Below are positions 57,701-64,000 of a stretch of 64,000 nucleotides of DNA, one piece after another (within the stretch, counting starts at the first letter, position 1; each line of letters starts with the position of its first letter). Location of the stretch: assembly GCA_951406725.2 (NCBI GenBank), contig OX597822.1, forward strand, positions 102,610,001-102,674,000, written 5' to 3'. The DNA comes from Octopus vulgaris. Taxonomy: Eukaryota. The translations under genes and the position numbers were made by a program. The notes beneath the pieces are model-generated. The model saw only the letters and a list, made by a program, of their open reading frames with translations, had not been told where the DNA came from and did no database searches.

Positions 57701-60700
57701 TCTACTTGTTTTATGCTCAAAACTAGTCGGATCTGGCTTCTCACACCCTTCTCTACAATGTCATTGTAACAATAAACAACCATACTATCAAAATCTTGAA
57801 GCTACAAGAATAAGTATGATTAATTCAAAATAAAGTGAATAAATAAATATTACATTTAACAGCGTAAATCTGAATGCTACATCTCACTCTTCATCATTCA
57901 TCACTTAAGCTCCCCTGTGTAACTGCTTTACTCTTTATCTCACCCTACATCATTCACAACATAAACTGCTTTGTCATTGCTTCACTCATCATTCTCCACT
58001 CTTTAAGCCTCTACAACTCATTCCCCATCATTCATCACTTAAGCTACACAATCACTACTTCTCTTAGTAAGCCTCTGTTTCTCTTCCATCATTCATCACT
58101 TAAGCTTCTCTCTTACTTCTTCAAATGAAGTGACTACATTATTTGCATATCTCAAGATGCTAAGTCTCATGAAAACGATGACAAGAGACCACAGTAAGTA
58201 ATGAGATGTTATGAAGGAACACAGCTGTCCAACCCATGCCAACGTGGGCAAAACAGACATAAAACTGATGACTAAGAAACAAGTACTTGGTAATCAGACA
58301 AAATATTACAATTAAGGTTACTATTATTAAAAAAAAATAAACTTACTAATATTATACAGATTAAAGACATTTTCAATTTTGAAAGTACATATATTCACCT
58401 AACTTTTTATATCTTCAAATAACTCAAAATTCATCTAGATATCCGTTTTCTCCACCTGGAAAGCACCTCTGCCATAGGGTCCCATCATTAGACTTTCCAT
58501 TTGGATTCTCAAGCATGACCAGCAGAGACTATGGTTATTATTCAATCATCTTGTTCTAAGTCTACTCCTAGGTCTTCTGTTGGTTGGCTTAGTTTGAAGA
58601 ATTTTGTCTAGTAATTCTTTCATAAATCTTTATATATAAAAGTCAAGTTGTGTGTCTGTCTCCTACGATTTAGATTCCTAACTACTCCCACATTTTGCGG
58701 TGCAATTTAACCAAAACCGGGTATCTTATAGTCGTGATTCATATCGAGCCCTTCTGGGTATTAGCGCGCGTCTACGATGAGTCTACGATTTTTAAAATAA
58801 TTTACCATCATTTTTTCCCATTTTAATGCATTTTTTTCGCTATTATATAAGGAAAGTAACTCTCTAAAAATGTCTACGATGAGTCAACGATTTAAAAAAA
58901 AAGAATCTCTAATGTCTACATGAGTCATATAAAATTTACCATCATTTTTTCCCATTTTTAATGCATTTTTTTTCTATTTTTGGCTATAACTCTCTAAAAA
59001 TGCTTATATAGTTATTTCCCTTACAAACCTGAGCAACGCCGGGCGATACTGCTAGTCATTTATGTAAACGTAACAAATATTGAGTCAATAATGTACTTAC
59101 CACACCAGGCAGACAGCTTTCAGCTTCTATGTTAGGTCCATCATAAGTATTATGAGGAGAACCTCCAGAGCTATCAGAACTACTGTCTGGGCTGGAAGGC
59201 ATATTACTTCCAACTTGTACCAATTTAGCCGAGACGGCCTGAAAAAAAAGAGGTTTCTTCATGAAAAAAAATATTTCTTCACGTGTTAATAAGAATCATA
59301 AAAAAATTTTCTTTTATTACTGATAAATGTAAAAGAAATTCTGCAGCTCAGCAAACACACAATAGTAATGATATCTAAACAATTTGTTATTCACAATTAG
59401 TGTGATTCTATACTGGTAATGGAGTCAAGTTTGTGAAAACCCAGTCAAACTGATCTTCACAATAAACACAGAGATAGACACAGAAATACATATACACACA
59501 TACATACACAGGCATAAATATACACACATTGTTTCGTTTCAACTGAGGAAACATTTTCTACACAAAATGTTGCTCTTTTCATACTTTTTATTTAAAGTTT
59601 CCAATTTTGGCACAAGGCCAGTAATTTGGGGAAAGGAGTCGATTACATCAACTCCAGTGTTCAACTAACCCCAAAAGGATGAAAGGCGATTTCAACCTCA
59701 ATGGAATTTGAACTCAGAACATAAAGATGAACAAGGCGTAGGAGTAGCTGTGTGGTAAGTAGCTTGCTTATGAACCACATGGTTCCAGGTTCAGTCCCAC
59801 TGCGTGCCACCTTGGGCAAGTGTCTTCTACTATAGCCTCGGGCTGACCAAAACCTTGTGAGTGAATTTGGTAGACGGAAACTGAAAGAATCCTGTCATAT
59901 ATATGTATGTGTCTGTGTTTGTCCCCGCAACATCGCTTGACAACCGATGCTGTGTGTTTACGTCCCTGTAACCTAGCAGTTCAGCAAAAGAGACCGATAG
60001 AATAAGTACTGGGCTTACAAAGAATAAGTCCTGGGGTCAATTTGCTTGACTTAAAAAAGGCAGTGCTCCAGCATGGCCACAGTCAAATGACTGAAACACG
60101 TAAAAGAGTAAAATACTGCTAAGCATTTTGCCTGGCATGCTAATGATTTTGCCAGCATTTCCCCTTAAATCCAAAGATAAAATATCAATAACAAAAAAAA
60201 AATACAACTACATTTTTTCTTCGTTTCTTTTTTTATGAGATGTCTTTTGATTACAGAGTCATGAAATGAAATTACATAAAAAAAGATATAACATTTCAAA
60301 GAGATTACCACTTACAGTTCTATCTCGAAGAGGAATTTGTGATATCAATTTTTTATCTTCACTAGGATCTAGAAGCTCTCCATTAACATACATGTCAACT
60401 TTAATGCTACTACTGCTAACTTTCACTCTGTTTAAAATCTGTCGTCTCACAGAACCTAAAGTGTCATTGGTATGGGACCAGATATCAAGATCTTCTATAT
60501 GCCTCCCTTGGTTAGGAAATCTCACAGATAATGTCACTAGGCGTCCTCGACAAGCTCTGCAAAAGCAAAAATAATTACAATATTAATACAGTAATAAAAT
60601 ACATAGCATTGTCATCATTTTAACATCTACTTTTTCATTCTTACTGGAATATGTTAAGGCAAATTTTCTGTAACCAATGTCCTACTTGTTGCCAACCCTC

Positions 60701-63620
60701 ACCTATTTCCAAGCAAATCATACTGAATTAAAGATATCCGTTATAAAAGTCTATCAAAGAAAACTTGGGAGGCTACAGAATAAATGGATACTATCAATGT
60801 AGTTATTGTAAAATGAATGATAAAATGTTGACCACAATGATGAATATGATATAAATTTGAATATAGGTGCAGGAGTGGCTATGTGGTAGGTAGCTTGCTT
60901 ACCAACCACGTTCTGGGTTCAGTCCCACTGCGTGACACCTTGGGCAAGTGTCTTCTACTATAGCCTCAGGCCAACAAAAGCCTTGTGAACGGATTTGGTA
61001 GACAGAAACTGAAGGAAGCCCATCGAATATATATATATATATGTATATATATATATGTGCATGTGTGTATGTGCTTTTGTCCCCCCAATATCGCTTGGCA
61101 ACCGATGCTGGTGTGTTTATGTAAAATAGCGGTTCAGCAAAAGAGACCGATAGAATAAGTACTAGGCTTACAAAGAATAAGCCCTGGAGTCGATTTGCTT
61201 GACTAAAGGCAGTGCTTCAGCATGGCCTCAGTCAAATGACTGAAACAAGTAAGTAAAAGAAAGAATAATATGATATGAATTTGAAAATTGCCTTTCTGAG
61301 GTAGTTGCAAGTCATCTCTGTTTCAACAGCGAATAAAAACAAAAAAACACTAGACAGGCTTCTTTCAGTTTCTTATTTCTTTATTGCCCACAAGGGGCTA
61401 AACATAGAGGGGACAAACAAGGACAGACAAAGGAATTAGGTCAATTACATCGACCCCAGTGCGTAACTGGTACTTAATTTATCGACCCCGAAAGGATGAA
61501 AGACAAAGCCAACCTCAGTGAAATTTGAACTCAGAACGTAAAGACAGACGAAATACCGTTAAGTATTTTGCCCGGCGTGCTAACGTTTCTGCCAGCTCGC
61601 TGCCTTTACTGAAGGCTTTACAGAAACTGAAAGGCTTCTTTCAGTTTCTGTCTAACAAATTCATTCACAAGATTTTAGCTGGCTCAGGGCTATAATAAAA
61701 GACACTTGCCCAAGGTGCTATACATTGAGACTGAACCTATAATTATATGGTTGGGAAGCAAGCTTCTTAACCACACAACCAGACCTGTACTTATATTCTG
61801 TCATAAAAATCCATTATAAAAAAATTAAAACCCAGCATTTAATGAAGAACAGATTTTATCAATTACAGAAGGATGAAAAAAATGAAAAGCTTTTAACTCT
61901 AATCTGCAGAGGTTAGCCTATTTTATTATCAACATTCATCTAGAAAAATCGAATCTTTTCTCTTTGAATGGCAGATCAAGAAATTAATTTTTTGTAACTA
62001 AACACTTTCAGATTTCGGACACTGGTAGAATGTGTCATATAAAACGTCTTTTACTCTTAGTGTTGTTGAGAAAAGTTTCAATTATCAAAGTTATTTCGTG
62101 TTAAAGTTGTCGTATTTCAGTAATTCCAACCACTCAACAACGTGTATTCAGCTGAATAAAATCACAGCTGTTGTTTGTCAACAACTTCTGGCGGTGTATA
62201 TTTCATTTGTCACTGTTATTTATGACATGTTTCATCTCAGTTACGTTCGCATGAATAAACAAATGTATCTGAAGCATGTTTACTTCATGGCACCACCATA
62301 ACCATTCGTGCATAATTACTGCTTTTAGTTTTTTTTTCCTGTTTTTCAACTACTATTTCTGGAAAGACTTTTTTGCGCCAATTTCTTCATTTTTTCACTT
62401 TTTTCCATAACTCTAACCCTAACCCTAAAACCTTAACCCACTAAAGCTAAAACCAGTACAAACGCACAAACGATGTCATAAATAACAGTGACAAACAAAA
62501 TATACACCACCGATAGTTGTTGTCGACAAACAACGGCAGTAATTTTATTCAGCTGAATACACATCATTGATTGGTTGAAATTACCGAAATACGACAACTT
62601 TAACACGAAATAACTTTGAAAATAGAAACTTTTCTCAACAACACTAAGAGTAAAAGGTGACACATTCTGCCAGTGTCCAAAGTTTGAAAGTGTTTAGTTA
62701 CAAAAAATTAATTTCTCGATCCGCTGTTCAAAGGGTAAAGATCCGAAAAATCCAAGAACTGTCTTGTAACACAGCACTCCAACTTACCAACCAAAACAGA
62801 ATGAGAAAGACATAAAAATAAAACCTACCTTCCCAGAGGTAATATTGATCTTTCTTCCCCATAGGCTTCATCACATTCCGCAACATACTCCTTGAGTACA
62901 GTGAGAACACGAACCATACGCATTGCTTCTTGCATAACTCTATTCTTACTCTCTTTGTCATCCTCTAACACACGAACAATGTCATAAGATGGTTTCAGAC
63001 GGTCTATACAAGTCTGAATGAAGTCTTCATGAATATCTACATGGTTCTGTTGTAATTGAGGACCAAGGTTAGTAAATATTTCCTTTAAGAGAGCAACAGG
63101 TTTCTCAGCAACACTTTCTGGACTGTTTAAGATTACCTGAATATAGAAGAAAATATGTAAATATTAAAAATACTGATTTTTAAAAATCAAAACATATCCT
63201 AAATTAAGAAGTATAAAGGAAAACAATAATAATCTTTAAAATTTTTCCGTCATATTAAGTGTTAAGAAACTTATTAATAGTTTTAGCATGAATTAATTTT
63301 ACAGAAGTAAACCATGGAAAACAGTACATAACAATATAATTAAAACTGTCTTTTTAAATGCGATCTTTAAAAGATAATTATTTCATTAAACTGTGTGTAT
63401 CATTATTTCATTAAAATAATTTTTAAAAGAAACTTTTGCATACTTTAAGATGCTTATAAGATAATTTAATCTCTTAGGCTTATAACAGCATTATATACAT
63501 ACCCTCCATAAATATTCTAAACCAATCAGTTCTAGATCATTCATCATATGACCTCCTCTTCGTTTGACTACGAGTTTGTTTTCTTTCAAATTGACATGCT
63601 TAAAGAATCTCTCATAACAA
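3769..63620 (-). CDS. USP9X: USP9X/fat facets-like ubiquitin carboxyl-terminal hydrolase, partial multi-exon gene (38 exons in window; N- and C-termini outside)
   Basis: Hand-spliced exons give motifs recognisable from USP9X/FAF: [103 protein letters not shown] boundaries have consistent phases at 36 of 37 junctions. Confidence 0.97.
3948..4217 (-). repeat. 19-20 bp minisatellite (about 13 units of gtgctcaggtgcaccacaa) attached to a CR1 3' end
   Basis: Units read directly; 3948-3986 is the reverse complement of the CR1 terminus at about 20181-20219. Confidence 0.9.
4657..4970 (-). mobile_element. SINE family A
   Basis: Family core and (CAT)n. Confidence 0.8.
5173..5281 (-). CDS. USP9X: USP9X exon ([35 protein letters not shown])
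   Basis: 109 nt, TAG/GTAAG. Confidence 0.95.
5873..5981 (-). CDS. USP9X: USP9X exon ([16 protein letters not shown]...[13 protein letters not shown])
   Basis: 109 nt, CAG/GTAAA. Confidence 0.94.
6934..8227 (-). mobile_element. Penelope-like retroelement, 5'-truncated, with inverted pseudo-LTR
   Basis: RT thumb ([18 protein letters not shown]; [20 protein letters not shown]); GIY-YIG region ([19 protein letters not shown]); inverted repeat 6969-7073/8117-8224; 13-bp flanking duplication aaatgtaatcata at 6921-6933 and 8228-8240. Confidence 0.9.
8136..8178 (+). ncRNA. Degenerate minimal hammerhead ribozyme motif in Penelope pLTR
   Basis: acac-CTGATGA-a-ggct...agcc-aAAA-catt-gtg; GAAA is mutated here, second copy at 7013-7054 on the minus strand. 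Confidence 0.6.
8468..8527 (-). CDS. USP9X: USP9X exon ([20 protein letters not shown])
   Basis: 60 nt, CAG/GTGAG. Confidence 0.94.
8927..9353 (+). mobile_element. tRNA-derived SINE family C with internal (TA)n
   Basis: ggttcagtcccactg B-box-like head; matches 59734-60110 and 60865-61260. Confidence 0.8.
10127..10448 (-). mobile_element. SINE family A with near-perfect internal 63-bp tandem duplication
   Basis: Family core; unit tttttacatgccacctgcacaggtgccagatgaggc... occurs twice. Confidence 0.8.
10517..10678 (-). CDS. USP9X: USP9X exon ([12 protein letters not shown]...[10 protein letters not shown]...KLLR)
   Basis: 162 nt, CAG/GTGAG. Confidence 0.94.
11099..11290. mobile_element. Degenerate TTAA/piggyBac-like MITE
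   Basis: ttaacccttttg...caaaagggttaa termini. Confidence 0.65.
11575..11748 (-). CDS. USP9X: USP9X exon ([11 protein letters not shown]...[14 protein letters not shown]...CQSSVN)
   Basis: 174 nt, CAG/GTAAG. Confidence 0.94.
12098..12608 (+). mobile_element. SINE family A, long copy with internal tandem units
   Basis: Repeated gtgcc(a/g)gtggcac...gcaccattcgag units plus family core. Confidence 0.8.
14260..14411 (-). CDS. USP9X: USP9X exon ([15 protein letters not shown]...[16 protein letters not shown]...GTEE)
   Basis: 152 nt, TAG/GTAAG. Confidence 0.93.
14631..15725 (-). mobile_element. Non-autonomous Helitron-like element (extent approximate)
   Basis: CTAG 3' end with GC hairpin (gacccagggttgcccg) at 14631-14656; aaaatttgaatgaaattggttg...cacagacacac near the other end. 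Confidence 0.5.
16486..16570 (-). CDS. USP9X: USP9X exon ([28 protein letters not shown])
   Basis: 85 nt, CAG/GTAAG. Confidence 0.93.
16833..17065. mobile_element. MITE with about 65-bp TIRs
   Basis: 16833-16897 is a near-perfect reverse complement of 17003-17065. Confidence 0.85.
17403..17544 (-). CDS. USP9X: USP9X exon ([11 protein letters not shown]...[13 protein letters not shown])
   Basis: 142 nt, CAG/GTGAG. Confidence 0.93.
18190..18595 (-). mobile_element. tRNA-derived SINE family C
   Basis: agaagacacttgcccaaggtgccacagagtgggactgaacc (reverse complement of the head). Confidence 0.7.
18727..18818 (-). CDS. USP9X: USP9X exon ([30 protein letters not shown])
   Basis: 92 nt, AAG acceptor after a long T-tract, GTGAG donor; phases fit. 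Confidence 0.9.
19776..20231 (+). mobile_element. CR1-clade LINE 3' fragment
   Basis: LRRLAANL...TRGHIYKV...[18 protein letters not shown]-terminal motifs; (ATT)n tail. Confidence 0.85.
20461..20636 (-). CDS. USP9X: USP9X exon ([20 protein letters not shown]...PQDRL)
   Basis: 176 nt, CAG/GTGAG. Confidence 0.92.
21294..21643. mobile_element. Tc1-like MITE with a nested family A SINE (21401-21594)
   Basis: ta-cagttgtgaccaaaagtttgg ... ccaaacttttggcacaactg TIRs. Confidence 0.75.
21918..22030 (-). CDS. USP9X: USP9X exon ([19 protein letters not shown]...VLDLT)
   Basis: 113 nt, TAG/GTAAG; end of USP domain. Confidence 0.94.
22238..22706. mobile_element. Degenerate pogo/Tigger-like MITE
   Basis: ta-cagta...tactg-ta termini, with tccagaaatc subterminal motifs. 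Confidence 0.4.
22943..23007 (-). CDS. USP9X: USP9X exon ([21 protein letters not shown])
   Basis: 65 nt, CAG/GTTTG. Confidence 0.93.
23309..23606 (-). mobile_element. SINE family A
   Basis: Family core. Confidence 0.8.
23657..23883. mobile_element. Degenerate TTAA MITE
   Basis: ttaaccttttgttaccg-type start; body similar to 40204-40432. Confidence 0.6.
24121..24361. repeat. (TA)n microsatellites flanking a truncated family A SINE
   Basis: Read directly. Confidence 0.85.
25708..25786 (-). CDS. USP9X: USP9X exon ([26 protein letters not shown])
   Basis: 79 nt, WYKFDD motif, CAG/GTAAA. Confidence 0.94.
26404..26622 (+). mobile_element. tRNA-derived SINE family B
   Basis: tggcagaaccgttag...gagttcaaattc...cctttcatcctttcggggtcgat. 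Confidence 0.8.
26838..27066. mobile_element. TTAA/piggyBac-like MITE, second subfamily
   Basis: ttaaccctttag...ctgaagggttaa. Confidence 0.75.
27997..28810 (+). mobile_element. Internally deleted Tc1/mariner-superfamily transposon with pseudogenised transposase
   Basis: TA plus TIR cagggtgtccaggaattaaggcaacca / tggttgccttaattttgggacac; relic peptides [27 protein letters not shown] and [12 protein letters not shown]. Confidence 0.85.
29089..29209 (-). CDS. USP9X: USP9X exon with His box ([26 protein letters not shown])
   Basis: 121 nt; catalytic His codon at 29112-29114. Confidence 0.95.
29453..29731. mobile_element. Tigger/pogo-like MITE
   Basis: TA-caggcatactccaacttac ... gtaagttgaggtatgcctg-TA. 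Confidence 0.8.
29823..30045. mobile_element. TTAA/piggyBac-like MITE
   Basis: TTAA ends; ...ggtaacgaaaggg; near-identical to the copies at 40204, 53380 and 55614. Confidence 0.85.
30916..31007 (-). CDS. USP9X: USP9X exon ([30 protein letters not shown])
   Basis: 92 nt, CAG/GTAAA. Confidence 0.95.
31132..31217 (-). CDS. USP9X: USP9X exon ([28 protein letters not shown])
   Basis: 86 nt, CAG/GTAAG. Confidence 0.95.
32492..32633 (-). CDS. USP9X: USP9X exon ([20 protein letters not shown]...[13 protein letters not shown])
   Basis: 142 nt, CAG/GTATG, zinc-finger CxxC. Confidence 0.95.
33390..33563 (-). CDS. USP9X: USP9X exon ([18 protein letters not shown]...[12 protein letters not shown])
   Basis: 174 nt, QHD box, CAG/GTAAG. 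Confidence 0.95.
34252..34476 (-). mobile_element. tRNA-derived SINE family B
   Basis: Reverse complement of the family B sequence. Confidence 0.8.
34533..34708 (-). CDS. USP9X: USP9X exon (TNVDLGDEE...[22 protein letters not shown])
   Basis: 176 nt, TAG/GTAAG. Confidence 0.93.
34993..35028 (+). ncRNA. Degenerate minimal hammerhead-like motif (probable Penelope pLTR relic)
   Basis: cttt-CTGGTGA-a-gagc(atag)gctc-GAAA-cat-a-aaag. Confidence 0.45.
35690..36090 (+). mobile_element. SINE family A
   Basis: Family core and (GAT)n tail. Confidence 0.8.
36897..36998 (-). CDS. USP9X: USP9X exon ([16 protein letters not shown]...GENE)
   Basis: 102 nt, CAG/GTAAA. Confidence 0.92.
37559..37674 (-). 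CDS. USP9X: USP9X exon with catalytic Cys box ([34 protein letters not shown])
   Basis: 116 nt; Cys codon at 37583-37585; an alternative in-frame acceptor would extend the exon to 37695. Confidence 0.9.
37888..38115. mobile_element. Degenerate TTAA MITE
   Basis: ttaacccttttg...caaaagggttaa. Confidence 0.65.
38742..38904 (-). mobile_element. SINE family A, truncated
   Basis: Family core. Confidence 0.75.
39208..39428 (-). mobile_element. tRNA-derived SINE family B
   Basis: Reverse complement of the family B sequence. Confidence 0.8.
39639..39846 (-). CDS. USP9X: USP9X exon ([12 protein letters not shown]...NMLIDMFYT)
   Basis: 208 nt, CAG/GTTGG. Confidence 0.92.
39964..40081 (-). CDS. USP9X: USP9X exon ([17 protein letters not shown]...GGLDLIR); 5' boundary uncertain
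   Basis: The peptide is clearly USP9X-like, but the nearest CAG acceptor is phase 2 while the upstream exon ends in phase 0. Confidence 0.75.
40204..40432. mobile_element. TTAA/piggyBac-like MITE
   Basis: TTAA-cccttttgttacc...ggtaacgaaaggg-TTAA. Confidence 0.88.
40545..40857 (+). mobile_element. CR1-clade LINE 3' fragment
   Basis: [36 protein letters not shown]; (ATT)n tail. Confidence 0.85.
40953..41106 (+). mobile_element. SINE family A, 5'-truncated with duplicated truncation end
   Basis: cgttaggaagggcatccagc occurs twice in tandem. Confidence 0.8.
42272..42683 (+). mobile_element. Non-autonomous Helitron-like element
   Basis: 3' hairpin cccaagcaacgctggg followed by CTAG-T; tatatataaagctgaagttgtctgt 5' motif. 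Confidence 0.7.
42973..43063 (-). CDS. USP9X: USP9X exon ([30 protein letters not shown])
   Basis: 91 nt, CAG/GTAAG; ends in phase 0. Confidence 0.92.
43858..44090 (+). mobile_element. tRNA-derived SINE family B with 16-bp TSD
   Basis: agagacagagtaataa at 43842-43857 and 44091-44106. Confidence 0.88.
44920..44975 (-). CDS. USP9X: USP9X exon ([18 protein letters not shown])
   Basis: 56 nt, CAG/GTATG. Confidence 0.9.
45256..45422 (+). mobile_element. SINE family A, 5'-truncated
   Basis: Family core and tail. Confidence 0.8.
45700..46103 (+). mobile_element. SINE family A
   Basis: Family core and tail. Confidence 0.8.
46171..46279 (-). CDS. USP9X: USP9X exon ([17 protein letters not shown]...[11 protein letters not shown])
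   Basis: 109 nt, CAG/GTAAGT. Confidence 0.92.
46454..46614 (-). CDS. USP9X: USP9X exon ([18 protein letters not shown]...[14 protein letters not shown])
   Basis: 161 nt, CAG/GTATG. Confidence 0.92.
46760..46885 (-). CDS. USP9X: USP9X exon ([21 protein letters not shown]...EIHRIVEK)
   Basis: 126 nt, TAG/GTAAG. Confidence 0.92.
47547..47779 (+). mobile_element. tRNA-derived SINE family B
   Basis: ggcagcaagctggcagaatcgttag head. Confidence 0.8.
48733..48974 (+). mobile_element. SINE family A
   Basis: Family core and tail. Confidence 0.8.
49950..50501 (+). mobile_element. SINE family A, long copy
   Basis: Family core with internal tandem units. Confidence 0.75.
50568..50805 (-). CDS. USP9X: USP9X exon ([12 protein letters not shown]...[14 protein letters not shown])
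   Basis: 238 nt, TAG/GTAAA. Confidence 0.92.
51349..51528 (-). mobile_element. RTE LINE APE-endonuclease fragment
   Basis: Open 60-codon stretch [22 protein letters not shown]...[21 protein letters not shown] with APE motifs QE and GVG. Confidence 0.8.
51740..52254 (-). mobile_element. Non-autonomous Helitron-like element
   Basis: CTAG end with hairpin cgcccagcgttgctcggg; reverse-complement match to 58627-59055. Confidence 0.8.
52418..52509 (-). CDS. USP9X: USP9X exon ([30 protein letters not shown])
   Basis: 92 nt, CAG/GTAAG. Confidence 0.92.
52637..53261. mobile_element. TTAA MITE (second subfamily) split by a family A SINE at 52764-53163
   Basis: Both halves align in order to 26838-27066; ends in gggttaa. 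Confidence 0.7.
53380..53608. mobile_element. TTAA/piggyBac-like MITE (opposite orientation)
   Basis: TTAA-ccctttcgttac...gtaacgaaaggg-TTAA. Confidence 0.88.
54455..54725 (-). mobile_element. SINE family A
   Basis: Family core. Confidence 0.8.
55014..55076 (-). CDS. USP9X: USP9X exon ([21 protein letters not shown])
   Basis: 63 nt, CAG/GTATT. Confidence 0.92.
55216..55343 (-). CDS. USP9X: USP9X exon ([15 protein letters not shown]...TQVLYNVE)
   Basis: 128 nt, TAG/GTATG. Confidence 0.92.
55614..55842. mobile_element. TTAA/piggyBac-like MITE
   Basis: TTAA termini, family body. Confidence 0.88.
57280..57400 (-). CDS. USP9X: USP9X exon ([19 protein letters not shown]...LLKIMSA)
   Basis: 121 nt, CAG/GTATG. 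Confidence 0.92.
57613..58108. repeat. Degenerate minisatellite (catcattcatcacttaagct-like) with an embedded old MITE
   Basis: About 6 imperfect units at about 57613, 57892, 57948, 57987, 58026 and 58087. Confidence 0.6.
58627..59055 (+). mobile_element. Non-autonomous Helitron-like element
   Basis: A/TC start, hairpin gagcaacgccgggc, CTAG/T end; internal tandem duplication of about 100 bp. Confidence 0.82.
59101..59238 (-). CDS. USP9X: USP9X exon ([28 protein letters not shown]...ESCLPGV)
   Basis: 138 nt, CAG/GTAAG. Confidence 0.93.
59734..60110 (+). mobile_element. tRNA-derived SINE family C, nested in a family B relic
   Basis: ggcgtaggagtagctgtgtggtaagtagc head; family B fragments on both sides. 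Confidence 0.8.
60316..60556 (-). CDS. USP9X: USP9X exon, ubiquitin-like region ([18 protein letters not shown]...IPLRDRT)
   Basis: 241 nt, CAG/GTAAG, phase matches neighbours. Confidence 0.93.
60865..61260 (+). mobile_element. tRNA-derived SINE family C
   Basis: Full head; flanked by the duplication aatatgatat(a/g)aatttgaa. Confidence 0.82.
61372..61605 (-). mobile_element. tRNA-derived SINE family B
   Basis: Reverse complement of the family B sequence. Confidence 0.8.
61951..62744. mobile_element. Non-autonomous long-TIR element, Mutator-like
   Basis: About 275-bp imperfect TIRs (61951-62228 / 62473-62744), G...C termini, 8-bp TSD gaaaaatc (61943-61950, 62745-62752), internal taaccc repeats. 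Confidence 0.82.
62829..63136 (-). CDS. USP9X: USP9X exon ([26 protein letters not shown]...EERSILPLG)
   Basis: 308 nt, open frame, CAG/GT boundaries. Confidence 0.93.
63503..63620 (-). CDS. USP9X: USP9X exon ([16 protein letters not shown]...GLEYLWR)
   Basis: 118 nt, TAG acceptor, GTATG donor. Confidence 0.93.
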
Positions 63621-64000
63621 CTAAACAAAACAAAACAAAAAAAAATAATAATTACTGTCCAGTTGTCTTTCAAAAAAAAAAAATGTCAACCAACAAAACA
63701 ATTTCATATTTATTTAAATTTTATTAATTTCAGCAACATAGTAATAGGATAGCAAGGTATTTCTTTCCTCTACAACAACACATTTCTTCCTAACTCTCGG
63801 CCATGGGCAACCACAGAACTTTCTGAATAGCATGCCTAACAAAAAAAATTATCTTCAATTTCATTTTCTAAATTTTTTTTTAGTAATGCTGCCCACCTGA
63901 TGAGGAACCATGTCTCAAGCGGGCCCACTCCTCAAAAAAGGTTGCACAGGCCTGCTTTAGCCTTTCAGCACCTGTCATGAAGCTCCCTCTACTACACTCA

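Noticed and set aside
62408-62439. Interstitial telomere or chromosome fusion scar
   Set aside because: Only about 5 degenerate units, located inside a TIR element; better explained as part of that element.

Overview
AT-rich, repeat-dense animal genomic DNA. The repeat style suggests a coleoid cephalopod, probably Octopus (inference). The window holds the middle of one large minus-strand gene, the ubiquitin-specific protease USP9X/fat facets orthologue. I reconstructed 38 GT-AG exons by hand (63620 down to 3769, about 4937 nt or 1645 aa), including the Cys box ([13 protein letters not shown]) and His box ([13 protein letters not shown]). The start and stop codons lie outside the window. All splice phases join cleanly except one junction (exon 42973-43063 to exon 39964-40081). 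The introns contain three SINE families, TTAA-flanked piggyBac-like MITEs, non-autonomous Helitrons, Tc1/mariner relics, a MULE-like long-TIR element, CR1 and RTE LINE fragments, and a Penelope-like element with hammerhead-ribozyme relics. The most unusual observations are: at least four short local templated copies of nearby sequence (one is a host exon/donor junction pasted into the Penelope RT), a pre-tRNA-Gln/SINE chimera, and a minisatellite built from the CR1 3' end. I found no prokaryote-type system such as CRISPR, and I do not claim a new system as established. Repeat boundaries are approximate.
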